A stretch of 64,000 bases of DNA from an uncultured Gammaproteobacteria bacterium (GTDB taxonomy: Bacteria; Patescibacteriota; Patescibacteriia; Veblenbacterales; UBA10138), in contig CAYVOI010000001.1 of the NCBI GenBank assembly GCA_964453605.1, positions 484,095 through 548,094 on the forward strand, in the 5' to 3' direction. The position numbers and the translations under genes were made by a program. This document shows positions 17,643-25,095 of this stretch, in pieces. Position 1 is the stretch's first letter, and each line of letters begins with the position of its first letter. Under the pieces are notes generated by a model. It had not been told where the DNA came from. It saw nothing but the letters and a program-made list of their open reading frames with translations, and did not search any database.

Positions 17643-17672
17643 AAAACCATCCGCCAATTGGCGGATGGTTTT
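17643..17672 (+). terminator. Perfect 30-nt palindrome AAAACCATCCGCCAA|TTGGCGGATGGTTTT; bidirectional terminator-like hairpin between the AT-hook gene and the dnaX promoter
   Basis: 15-bp perfect stem with A-run and T-run flanks. A sister palindrome with the same CCGCCAwwTGGCGG core is at 19566-19595. Confidence 0.45.
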
Positions 17673-17714
17673 GTATTGCCAGCGCAAGCTCCAGCGGCTA
17701 CAATGGAATGTACT

Positions 17715-19223
17715 ATGAGCCAAACGCTCTACCGTAAGTACCGCCCCCAAACCTTTGCCGAGGTGGTGGGGCAGCCCCACGTTACCACAACACTTGAGAA
17801 CCAGCTGAAGCGGGGAACCCTGGCCCACGCCTACCTGTTTTGTGGCATCCGCGGGGTGGGCAAGACCACCATGGCACGGCTCCTCGCCAAAGCTTTAAAC
17901 TGCACGGAGCGCGCGCCCGGCCAGGCCGAGCCCTGTGGCCACTGTGACTCTTGCCTGGCCATAGCCACTGGCCGCTCGCTCGATGTTATAGAAATTGACG
18001 CCGCCTCTAACCGTCGCATTGACGACGTCAGGCAGCTCCGCGAGCAGATACCAGTCGGCCCAGCCCACGCGCGCTACAAGGTAGTCATTGTAGATGAGGT
18101 CCACATGCTGACGGCCGAGGCCTTTAATGCCCTGCTCAAAACGTTAGAAGAGCCGCCGGCACACGTTATTTTTATCCTCGCCACCACGGAAGTCCACAAG
18201 GTGCCAGACACCATACTCTCACGGTGCCAGCGCTTTGACTTCCATAGGCTGGGCGCGGCTGACATTGTAGCCCGCCTGGGCAAGCTAGCTCAGGCTGAAG
18301 GCGTTACGGTGGCTGACGAGGTGCTTAGAGAAATTGCCTACCTAGCCGCCGGTTCATCACGTGATGCGGAAAGCTACCTGGGAAAACTCTTGGGCCTGGG
18401 GGAGAAGCACATCACCTCAGCGGTAGCCGCGGTGGTGCTGCCGCACTCAGACCTTAAAACTACCCTGGCGTTCATAGGTTTGGTGGTGCGGCGCCAGACG
18501 GCGGAAGCGCTTACCCTCTTGAACCGTTTCCTGGATGAAGGTGGCGAGGTGAACGCCTTCCACCGCCAGGTCCTTGAGCTCTTACGTAAGCTGCTGCTCA
18601 TGAAGCTGGGGGGTGGGTTGGGGAGCTACACTCACCTCGAGCTGACGGCGGCGGACGAGGCCGAGCTCACCGAGCTTACACTCCAAACTACCACGGCGCG
18701 TTTACAACACTGCGTACAGGCCTGGCTGGAGGCTGCCACGTCGCGCCGTTCAGGCGAGCTGTACCAGCTGCCGCTGGAACTCGCTACCGTGAGCATGTGC
18801 GAGCTACCCTACGACCACAGCCCTGCCCAAGCTACCGCGGCTGGTGCACCGGCAGCAGTAGCGGCGCCGGACCAACCTAGCTCGAACGTGCCTGGCGCGG
18901 GCCCAAGGCTTAATGCCATACTCGAGCGCTGGGGCCAGGTGGTGGCCAAGCTCCGGGAGTACAACCACTCACTGTCGTTCATCTTGAGTATCGCCCAGCC
19001 TACGCGCCTGGAAGGTAAAACCCTCACGGTGAGCTTTCAGTACAAGCTCCACCAGGAGCGCGTTAACGATCGTAAGGTGCGCAGTGCTATCGAAGCGACC
19101 CTGAAAGACGTACTGGGGCACGACTATGTGCTGCAGGCGGTGGTGGCAGCGTCACCTACCGTGGAACCTAGCGATGTGCTGTCGAGCGTCCTTACCACCT
19201 TTGGTGGCCAGGTGGCAGACTAG
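17715..19223 (+). CDS. dnaX: DNA polymerase III gamma/tau subunit
   Basis: MSQTLYRKYRPQTFAEVVGQ, GIRGVGKTT (P-loop), Zn module CGHCDSCLAI, and the box ILSRCQRFDFHRL. Promoter TTGCCA/TACAAT lies 10 nt upstream of the ATG. Confidence 0.85.
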   Translation: MSQTLYRKYRPQTFAEVVGQPHVTTTLENQLKRGTLAHAYLFCGIRGVGKTTMARLLAKALNCTERAPGQAEPCGHCDSCLAIATGRSLDVIEIDAASNRRIDDVRQLREQIPVGPAHARYKVVIVDEVHMLTAEAFNALLKTLEEPPAHVIFILATTEVHKVPDTILSRCQRFDFHRLGAADIVARLGKLAQAEGVTVADEVLREIAYLAAGSSRDAESYLGKLLGLGEKHITSAVAAVVLPHSDLKTTLAFIGLVVRRQTAEALTLLNRFLDEGGEVNAFHRQVLELLRKLLLMKLGGGLGSYTHLELTAADEAELTELTLQTTTARLQHCVQAWLEAATSRRSGELYQLPLELATVSMCELPYDHSPAQATAAGAPAAVAAPDQPSSNVPGAGPRLNAILERWGQVVAKLREYNHSLSFILSIAQPTRLEGKTLTVSFQYKLHQERVNDRKVRSAIEATLKDVLGHDYVLQAVVAASPTVEPSDVLSSVLTTFGGQVAD

Positions 19224-19301
19224 CTCCGGGTTGCTGGTTTACTACAGTTGACCTATACTAGCCGAAGCCTAGGGTGCCTTAGGCGTGCTTGTGCGCAGGG
19301 C

Positions 19302-19372
19302 TCGGGGATCGTCTAATGGTAGGACGCATGGCTCTGAACCATGTAATCTTGGTTCGAATCCAAGTCCCCGAG
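19302..19372 (+). tRNA. tRNA-Gln (anticodon CTG)
   Basis: Sequence TCGGGGATCGTCTAATGGTAGGACGCATGGCTCTGAACCATGTAATCTTGGTTCGAATCCAAGTCCCCGAG. Acceptor TCGGGGA/TCCCCGA, anticodon stem CATGG/CCATG, loop CTCTGAA, T-arm CTTGG-TTCGAAT-CCAAG. Confidence 0.85.
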
Positions 19373-19565
19373 CTCTGTGCGGGAGACGCGGAACCATGGT
19401 TTTCCCCGTATGTATGGGCTAGCGTATAGTTTGGGGTTTGCCTGTCCGCCGTAGCGTATAGCGTAGGCGGAAATCCATGCCTCCCAGCCACGAAATTTGG
19501 TTATCGGACGACCCGAGTACCTCGGGTAGCCAAGTGTCGGTAGCCAGATCGAGTGGCAACCAATT

Positions 19566-19602
19566 ACAACACCCCGCCATATGGCGGGGTGTTGTGCTAT
19601 TT
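19566..19602 (+). terminator. Perfect 30-nt palindrome ACAACACCCCGCCAT|ATGGCGGGGTGTTGT followed by a T-rich tract
   Basis: 15-bp perfect stem followed by GCTATTT. Confidence 0.45.
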
Positions 19603-19660
19603 ACGTCAATACTAAGGTGTAATTCATCTAATTCATTCCGGGTAGTTGCGCGCCGAAATT

Positions 19661-19689
19661 TTGACAAATTTATCAATATATACTACTAT
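19661..19689 (+). promoter_or_regulatory. Strong sigma70-like promoter (TTGACA, 17 nt spacer, TACTAT) driving the small Cys-protein gene
   Basis: Consensus -35 TTGACA at 19661-19666 and -10 TACTAT at 19684-19689, in an AT-rich upstream region. The SD AAGGAGGTG lies 7 nt before the ATG at 19787. Confidence 0.5.
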
Positions 19690-19786
19690 ATTGCAAAACT
19701 CAAGAATTGTACTTGTTAAGTGTTTTAACGAGTAGTTCTTGGAGAAAATGGTCTTTCACAAAAGAACAAGAAAGGAGGTGAATACC

Positions 19787-19975
19787 ATGTTCCGGCAGAC
19801 CCACGAAAAAGGCATCGTCAAGTTGTGCGGTACTCAGGGTTGTTGTCCCACCGTCGACTTCACGGATTCCCAGCAAGTCGTCCTGCGCGACGACTTCGGT
19901 GGACAGGTTCAACTCACGCGTGAGCAGTGGCAGGATCTGAAGGTCAAGTTCGCTTCGAAACCGGATCAGAAGTGA
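19787..19975 (+). CDS. Small Cys-containing protein (63 aa), candidate substrate or partner of the downstream radical SAM enzyme; sequence pattern resembles DUF397
   Basis: MFRQTHEKGIVKLCGTQGCCPTVDFTDSQQVVLRDDFGGQVQLTREQWQDLKVKFASKPDQK. Consensus SD. The track ORF starts at 19739, but the RBS-supported start is 19787. Two hairpins follow, one with a T-run. Confidence 0.6.
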   Translation: MFRQTHEKGIVKLCGTQGCCPTVDFTDSQQVVLRDDFGGQVQLTREQWQDLKVKFASKPDQK

Positions 19976-20014
19976 TCTGATTTCGGTCTCGTGCACGATA
20001 CCGAACCATAATTG

Positions 20015-20050
20015 CCCCTAGCCACAAATGGTAGCTAGGGGTATTTTTTA
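20015..20050 (+). terminator. Intrinsic terminator/attenuator between the small-protein gene and the radical SAM gene
   Basis: CCCCTAGC-cacaaatggta-GCTAGGGG followed by TATTTTTTA. The rSAM SD AAGGAGGTG starts 13 nt later. Confidence 0.55.
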
Positions 20051-20078
20051 CCAAAACAAAAACTAAGGAGGTGTCATC

Positions 20079-21410
20079 ATGTGGTCACAGTATCTTCGGA
20101 TACGAGAAAGGAATGGAATCGTGGCATTGTTCCACGAACTCCATCCCGACCCCGCCTACTGCTCCAAGGAACAGTGGACGAACCTGCGTAGTGGGATCAC
20201 TGATGGCGCTGAAATGCTTGTCAGTGATCTCAAAAAACGAAAACTGATAGTCGATTCTTCCGACGACGATAGTTGTGAGCTTGAGAGAATTACAGTTAAA
20301 CTTGAACGCAAGCTCAATCAACCGACAATTCTCTATCTCATGACGGCTCAGGGGTGTAATTTCGAATGTGGGTACTGTCCTGTGCCGGAAACCGCAAGGA
20401 GACACGGTGCTTCCTTGTTGTCTGTTGAAGATGCGATTGCTGGCATTGAGTTGTGGCAAAAGCATTTGAAGGACGTTTATGATCCAACCCTGCAATATTT
20501 CGTAATCTTCTACGGTGGCGAGCCTCTTCTGAATAAAGAGACGATCAAGGCTTCGCTTTCACGTTTGAAGGTGAAAAAAGAAGCAGGAGATCTGCCAGAA
20601 AATATCAGTTACATGATCGCCACAAATGGCGTTCTTATTGATGATGAAACCATTGTAATGTGCAAACAGTATCGCGTAATGGTAGCGGTAGGCCTGGACG
20701 GTCCAAGGGAGCTGAATGATGCTTTGAGGGTTGATAGTGATGGGAACGGTACTTTTGACCGCACTATCGCATCAATAAAGCGTCTTGTGGAAAATGGAAT
20801 CAGAACGTCCGTATCGGCGAGCATAACGCCATCTAATGTTGACCATATTTCTGAGTACTCGTCCTTCTTTAGGAATCTTGGGGTCGAGAAATTCGGTTTC
20901 AATTTTCTGAAGGGGCGTATGCTTATAAAGCTGGTTGGACATAACGGTGTTGAAGATTACTATCGAAGGGCTTCCCAAGGAGTAGCTGAAAATGCCCGAA
21001 GGCAGGATAGTCCTAGCTTTGAATACCAGATGGAGAAAAAGCAGTTAGCATTTGATAGTGGTGATTTTTACCCTGTTGACTGCACTTGCTATGGGAATCA
21101 ACTGGTAATCCAGCCTGACGGACAGGTGTCAAACTGTCCATTTTACAAATCATGGCTTGGACACATCAAGTGTGTAAGCGATGATTTTCGCATCTGGAAT
21201 CAGGAAATCGTGAAAGAGTGGAGAAAGAGGCTTCCTCTTTACCATCAGGGAGAGGCAAAAGCAATCAGTGGTGGTGGATGCGCCTGGAGTTCAACAGAGC
21301 TTAAGGGTGACTCATCTGCCGCCGACGACTCAAGTCAAATTTTTTCCGAGGAGATGTTAAATGAGCTCATCTGGTCTCGATATGCCCGGCTCTGCACTCA
21401 GAAAACCTAA
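20079..21410 (+). CDS. Radical SAM enzyme with C-terminal SPASM/twitch-type Cys-rich domain and about 85-aa N-terminal extension (candidate peptide-modifying maturase)
   Basis: CNFECGYC (CxxxCxxC) at residues about 93-100. Glycine-rich SAM motif FYGGEPLL. C-terminal cysteines CTCYGN...SNCPFY...IKCV...GGGCAWS. The N-terminal 85 aa before the rSAM core could be a peptide-recognition (RRE/PqqD-like) element. Confidence 0.85.
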   Translation: MWSQYLRIRERNGIVALFHELHPDPAYCSKEQWTNLRSGITDGAEMLVSDLKKRKLIVDSSDDDSCELERITVKLERKLNQPTILYLMTAQGCNFECGYCPVPETARRHGASLLSVEDAIAGIELWQKHLKDVYDPTLQYFVIFYGGEPLLNKETIKASLSRLKVKKEAGDLPENISYMIATNGVLIDDETIVMCKQYRVMVAVGLDGPRELNDALRVDSDGNGTFDRTIASIKRLVENGIRTSVSASITPSNVDHISEYSSFFRNLGVEKFGFNFLKGRMLIKLVGHNGVEDYYRRASQGVAENARRQDSPSFEYQMEKKQLAFDSGDFYPVDCTCYGNQLVIQPDGQVSNCPFYKSWLGHIKCVSDDFRIWNQEIVKEWRKRLPLYHQGEAKAISGGGCAWSSTELKGDSSAADDSSQIFSEEMLNELIWSRYARLCTQKT

Positions 21411-22215
21411 GCTTGGGATCATCGGTGGCTCCGGGATATGTTCATTCTGCGAGCTGAAGGTAATCTCCACAGCTAGGCCTGAAACAAAGTACGGTTTTCC
21501 GTCAGATGATGTTTTGATCTGTGAATATGAAGGTCAGCTTGTAGCTTTCCTTCCACGGCATGGGTCTAAACACAACATTGTACCGCACAAGGTGCCTTAC
21601 AAGGCAAATCTTGCCGCACTTAAGGGTCTTGGTGTCGAATATGTGGTCGGAACATGCATTGTTGGGAGTTTGAAAAAAGAAATTGTTCCCGGTAGTGTGG
21701 TTCTGCCCGATCAGTTCGTGAACTTAACCTGGGGTCGTGACGATTACACAGAAGCAGATGGTGGTTCATTCATTCATCTGCCTATGGGGGAGCCATACTG
21801 CGGTCATCTTCGAGCGAAAATATTCGAAGTTGCGAGTGGTATCTCCTTACCGATTGTTAAACAAGGCACAGTGGCTGTAATTCAAGGTCCACGATTCTCA
21901 ACTGCGGCAGAGAGCCGGTGGCTTTCCGGCAACGGATGGGGCATCGTTAACATGACCCAATATCCTGAGTGCTACTTAGCCCGAGAACTGGGCCTCTGTT
22001 ACGCGGCGATAGCTTCGGTGACCGACTACGATGTTGGCCTTCAGGAAAGTCTAGTTATTGATCCGAGACGAATGGGTAAAGTTCTTGAGGTTTTTAAGGA
22101 TAACATTCGCACGGTCAAGATTCTACTGCAGGCTTTTATCAAGAAATCTGTATCCGGACTGTCGTGTAAGTGTGCCTCCACAGTGCTGAAAGCATACTAT
22201 GAGGAATCCTTGTGA
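21361..22215 (+). CDS. MTAP/PNP-family nucleoside phosphorylase (5'-methylthioadenosine or 5'-deoxyadenosine phosphorylase)
   Basis: KLGIIGGSG, LPRHGSKHNI, GIVNMTQYPECYLARELGLCYAAIASVTDYD are MTAP-type motifs. SD GAGGAG. The start lies 50 nt inside the 3' end of the rSAM gene. Confidence 0.8.
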   Translation: MSSSGLDMPGSALRKPKLGIIGGSGICSFCELKVISTARPETKYGFPSDDVLICEYEGQLVAFLPRHGSKHNIVPHKVPYKANLAALKGLGVEYVVGTCIVGSLKKEIVPGSVVLPDQFVNLTWGRDDYTEADGGSFIHLPMGEPYCGHLRAKIFEVASGISLPIVKQGTVAVIQGPRFSTAAESRWLSGNGWGIVNMTQYPECYLARELGLCYAAIASVTDYDVGLQESLVIDPRRMGKVLEVFKDNIRTVKILLQAFIKKSVSGLSCKCASTVLKAYYEESL

Positions 22216-22224
22216 CAAACAATT

Positions 22225-22264
22225 CCCCGCCTGAGAACATTGTTCTCTGGTGGGGATTTTTATT
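22225..22264 (+). terminator. Rho-independent terminator after the phosphorylase gene
   Basis: CCCCGCCTGAGA...TCTCTGGTGGGG stem followed by ATTTTTATT. Confidence 0.5.
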
Positions 22265-22361
22265 GGCACTTGATATGTTTTATTATTTGTGGTATTTTAT
22301 CCGGGCACAAAGCACCTTAACAGTGGTATAATCAACTCACCAAAGTAAAGGAGAATGAGGC

Positions 22362-24035
22362 ATGATAAAAGCACAAAAACTTCGGAAAAGCTACGGCTCA
22401 CTAACCGTGCTTTCTGACGTCTCCTTCTCCCTCGGGCGAGGACAGAAGGTGGCGTTGGTTGGTCACAATGGTACAGGGAAAACGACCCTATTAAAAATCG
22501 TGGCTGGTCTTGAGACTAAAGATGCTGGCAAGATTGAGATGCCAACTGACACTTGCATTGGCTATCTTCCTCAAGACACCAGCTTGTCCGAGGATAAATC
22601 TATAATGGGTTATCTCCAGGATGAGTCTGGGATCAGTGCTCTTGAAAGAGAGCTAGAGGGCCTATCTGTAGACTTGAATGATCCAGTCAAAGCCAGACGC
22701 TATGGAGAAGTTTACAGTAGGTATGAGCATCTTGGCGGCTATACTTTTGTTCATCGAGCAACGATAATGCTGGCAGGATTCGGACTCGACAGTATCGGGC
22801 TCGATCGGTCACTGTCTAATCTAAGCAGTGGCCAAAAAAGCAAGGTTGTCTTGGCTGGTATTCTGTTAAAAGGAGTTGATCTTCTTTTACTGGATGAGCC
22901 GACCAACAATCTTGATCTTCCAGCTCTCATCTGGCTGGAGGACTTTCTAAGGAAATCAGATGCGTCATGTATTGTGGTTTCTCATGATCGAAGATTTTTG
23001 GATCGAGTCGTGAAGAAAATCTTCGAACTTGATTGGTATTCGCACTCGCTAACCATAACCGGAGGCACTTATACTGATTATCTGAAAATGATGGCAGGGC
23101 GCATTGCTAGTCAAAAAGAGAAATACAGACTCCAACAGGAAGAAATCAGTCGCCTAAATGAACGAGCTCGTGAGAGAAAGGCAGATGCTGTAAGTGGTTC
23201 TCGATGGGCTGGAAGCGATAACGATAAGTTCCTGAGAGGGTTTAAACGAGATCAAGCCGCTAAATCCTCAAAGGCTGCCAAAGCTATCGAGAAGCGCATC
23301 GAACAAATGGACAAGGTGGAAAAGCCAATGGAAAGAAAACCATTTGAGATACCCCTCGATGCCCGAGTTGATTCGGGGGCTCTCAATGTAAGGGTCACTG
23401 ATGTCACCGTAGGCTATCTGGAATTTATTGTGGGTCCTCTTTCTTTCGAGATTCGTTATGGCAACAGGGTTGGCATACTGGGCTTGAACGGCACAGGAAA
23501 GTCAACCTTACTCAAAACCATTACCGGGGAGATGAGGCCAGTAAGCGGGTTTGTCGAAATCGGTTCAGGCATCAGAATCGGAAATATGATGCAGGAGCAT
23601 GAGACACTTCCCCGCGAACAGACTCCTCTCGAATTTCTCTCGGAACGATCGGGCTTAAGTCACCAAGACTCCTACTCGAAGCTTTCAAAGTTCGGGTTTA
23701 ACGAGAGACAGGTCGGGTTGCCGATAAATACCCTCAGCCCTGGTGGTCGTGCACGTCTTCTCCTTGCACTTTTCTCGGCTCAATCAGTCAATATGCTCGT
23801 GCTCGATGAGCCTACGAACCATCTTGATATTGAGGCTTCGGAAGCTCTTGAGGAGACATTGCTAAGCTATCGAGGGACAGTGCTTCTCGTCTCGCACGAC
23901 AGATATTTCCTCGAAAAAGCGTCTCTCGATGCCACTTACGTGTTGTCTGATGGGGTGCTTACTAGAATCCCTGATTACAAGACGTATGTCGAAACTGCGG
24001 AGGAAAAGGCAAGAAAGCTGCTTAATCTTCTGTAG
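22362..24035 (+). CDS. ABC-F family ATPase (tandem ABC domains, no TM domain)
   Basis: Two Walker A motifs (GHNGTGKTT, GLNGTGKST), two ABC signatures (LSSGQKSKV, LSPGGRARL) and two Walker B motifs (LLLDEPTN, LVLDEPTN). A charged linker lies between the domains. SD AAGGAG. An extended -10 TGGTATAAT is at 22325. Confidence 0.85.
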   Translation: MIKAQKLRKSYGSLTVLSDVSFSLGRGQKVALVGHNGTGKTTLLKIVAGLETKDAGKIEMPTDTCIGYLPQDTSLSEDKSIMGYLQDESGISALERELEGLSVDLNDPVKARRYGEVYSRYEHLGGYTFVHRATIMLAGFGLDSIGLDRSLSNLSSGQKSKVVLAGILLKGVDLLLLDEPTNNLDLPALIWLEDFLRKSDASCIVVSHDRRFLDRVVKKIFELDWYSHSLTITGGTYTDYLKMMAGRIASQKEKYRLQQEEISRLNERARERKADAVSGSRWAGSDNDKFLRGFKRDQAAKSSKAAKAIEKRIEQMDKVEKPMERKPFEIPLDARVDSGALNVRVTDVTVGYLEFIVGPLSFEIRYGNRVGILGLNGTGKSTLLKTITGEMRPVSGFVEIGSGIRIGNMMQEHETLPREQTPLEFLSERSGLSHQDSYSKLSKFGFNERQVGLPINTLSPGGRARLLLALFSAQSVNMLVLDEPTNHLDIEASEALEETLLSYRGTVLLVSHDRYFLEKASLDATYVLSDGVLTRIPDYKTYVETAEEKARKLLNLL

Positions 24036-24039
24036 ACAC

Positions 24040-24076
24040 GGGGCCTGGCAAGCAGAAACTTGCTAGGCCCCCTTTA
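24040..24076 (+). terminator. Hairpin terminator after the ABC-F gene
   Basis: GGGGCCTGGCAAG-cagaaa-CTTGCTAGGCCCC, a perfect 13-bp stem followed by a weak T tract. Confidence 0.45.
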
Positions 24077-24091
24077 ATACATGCAGATTTT

Positions 24092-24757
24092 ATGATTAGA
24101 TCAGAACGTATAGCCAAAAAAATAAACGAACACATAAAGGTGTGGTCAAAAGATCATGCTAAATTGATCGTGGCTATTGACGGCTATGCTGGATCAGGGA
24201 AAACCACCGTTGCTGATTTTATTGCTAAACAAAATTTAGATGTGCTGGGGGTGCATTTGGATGACTTCATAAATCATTGGAAAGATCGGAAACGAATGAT
24301 AGAAACAGCGAAAGACAAATCCAAAGTATTTGAATACAACTGGTATAGATATGGGGACTTAGAAAAATTAGTCAAAGATTTTAAAGCTGGCAAAAAATCA
24401 ATAAAATTCAAAATTTACAACTACGACAAAAATAACCTCGGTCCTCAAAGGTTATTTGATCTTTCAAAAAAGATTCTGGTCATAGATGGTATTTTTCTTT
24501 TTCATCCGGCTCATAAATTAAATATGAATTGGGATAAGACAGTATATCTTGATGTCGATTTTGCCAAAGCGGACAAAAAAAGAGTTGCCCGGGAAAGAGA
24601 AAAATGGGGCAAGGAATATATATCAGAAAACCATCCTGACAATTGGACAAGATACTACAAGGAGGCATATCGCAGGTACGTAAAGGAGTATAAACCTCAA
24701 GAGGGCCGAGACCTTGTTTTTAAGAACGGTAGGCTGTTAGCTCGACAGAAAATCTAG
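24092..24757 (+). CDS. P-loop nucleoside/nucleotide kinase, uridine kinase/PRK family-like
   Basis: AIDGYAGSGKTT (Walker A) and LVIDGIFLFH, like the uridine kinase LIVEGI block. 221 aa. It has the lowest GC of any gene in the window. Confidence 0.65.
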   Translation: MIRSERIAKKINEHIKVWSKDHAKLIVAIDGYAGSGKTTVADFIAKQNLDVLGVHLDDFINHWKDRKRMIETAKDKSKVFEYNWYRYGDLEKLVKDFKAGKKSIKFKIYNYDKNNLGPQRLFDLSKKILVIDGIFLFHPAHKLNMNWDKTVYLDVDFAKADKKRVAREREKWGKEYISENHPDNWTRYYKEAYRRYVKEYKPQEGRDLVFKNGRLLARQKI

Positions 24758-25002
24758 CCCCCTAGGGAAAAATGGTGTGACATTTCTAACATTTTTGTTT
24801 AGAGCAAAAAACTGTCTATCTGACAAACGAGACGCATCCCATTAGTACGCTAGAGTGTCCCGTTTGTCACATTTGTACCGCGACCATCTTACCTAAATTA
24901 ACCCTCCGAACCGACTCTTGAAAAAGCCCTCAACACACTGTAAACTTTGGGTACTGAATCTGAGTGCACAGCAGTACGCAGAATCTTAATTCTTAAATAG
25001 AG

Positions 25003-25078
25003 AATATGGCGGGGTGAAGTAGGACGTCTGCCGGGGCCGATAATCTTGGTTCAAATCCAAGTCCCCAAACTCTGTGCA
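25003..25078 (+). repeat. Degenerate tRNA-Gln(CTG) copy (pseudo-tRNA) forming the right-hand direct repeat of the island
   Basis: GGCGGGGTGAAGTAGGACG...TAATCTTGGTTCAAATCCAAGTCCCCAAACTCTGTGC retains the acceptor-like 5' end, GTAGGACG, the T-arm and the 8-nt downstream flank of the intact gene. The anticodon arm is replaced. Confidence 0.6.
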
Positions 25079-25095
25079 CAACCACGAATGCCTGA

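Larger units (their letters stand above)
19373..25078 (+). mobile_element. About 5.7-kb low-GC genomic island inserted next to tRNA-Gln(CTG), bounded by a 37-nt imperfect direct repeat of the tRNA 3' half plus 8 nt of flank. No recombinase gene is present.
   Basis: DR-L 19344-19380 and DR-R 25042-25078: TAATCTTGGTTC(G/A)AATCCAAGTCCCC(GAG/AAA)CTCTGTGC. The interior is visibly AT-richer than the flanks, and the kinase gene is the most AT-rich. All five genes are on one strand. Confidence 0.55.

Noticed and set aside
19419-19719. Two track ORFs (19419-19676 minus, 19477-19719 plus) between tRNA-Gln and the small-protein promoter
   Set aside because: They overlap each other, the 30-nt palindrome and the promoter. 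There is no RBS and the composition is non-coding.
24776-24871. Inverted 7-mers TGTGACA / TGTCACA about 80 bp apart in the AT-rich right edge of the island
   Set aside because: Too short to distinguish from chance in AT-rich DNA, with no flanking duplication. Possibly a regulator site, but unsupported.
19373-25041. Searched the island interior for an integrase, transposase or relaxase gene or terminal inverted repeats
   Set aside because: None found. All five ORFs have other clear identities, and only the tRNA-derived direct repeats delimit the island.
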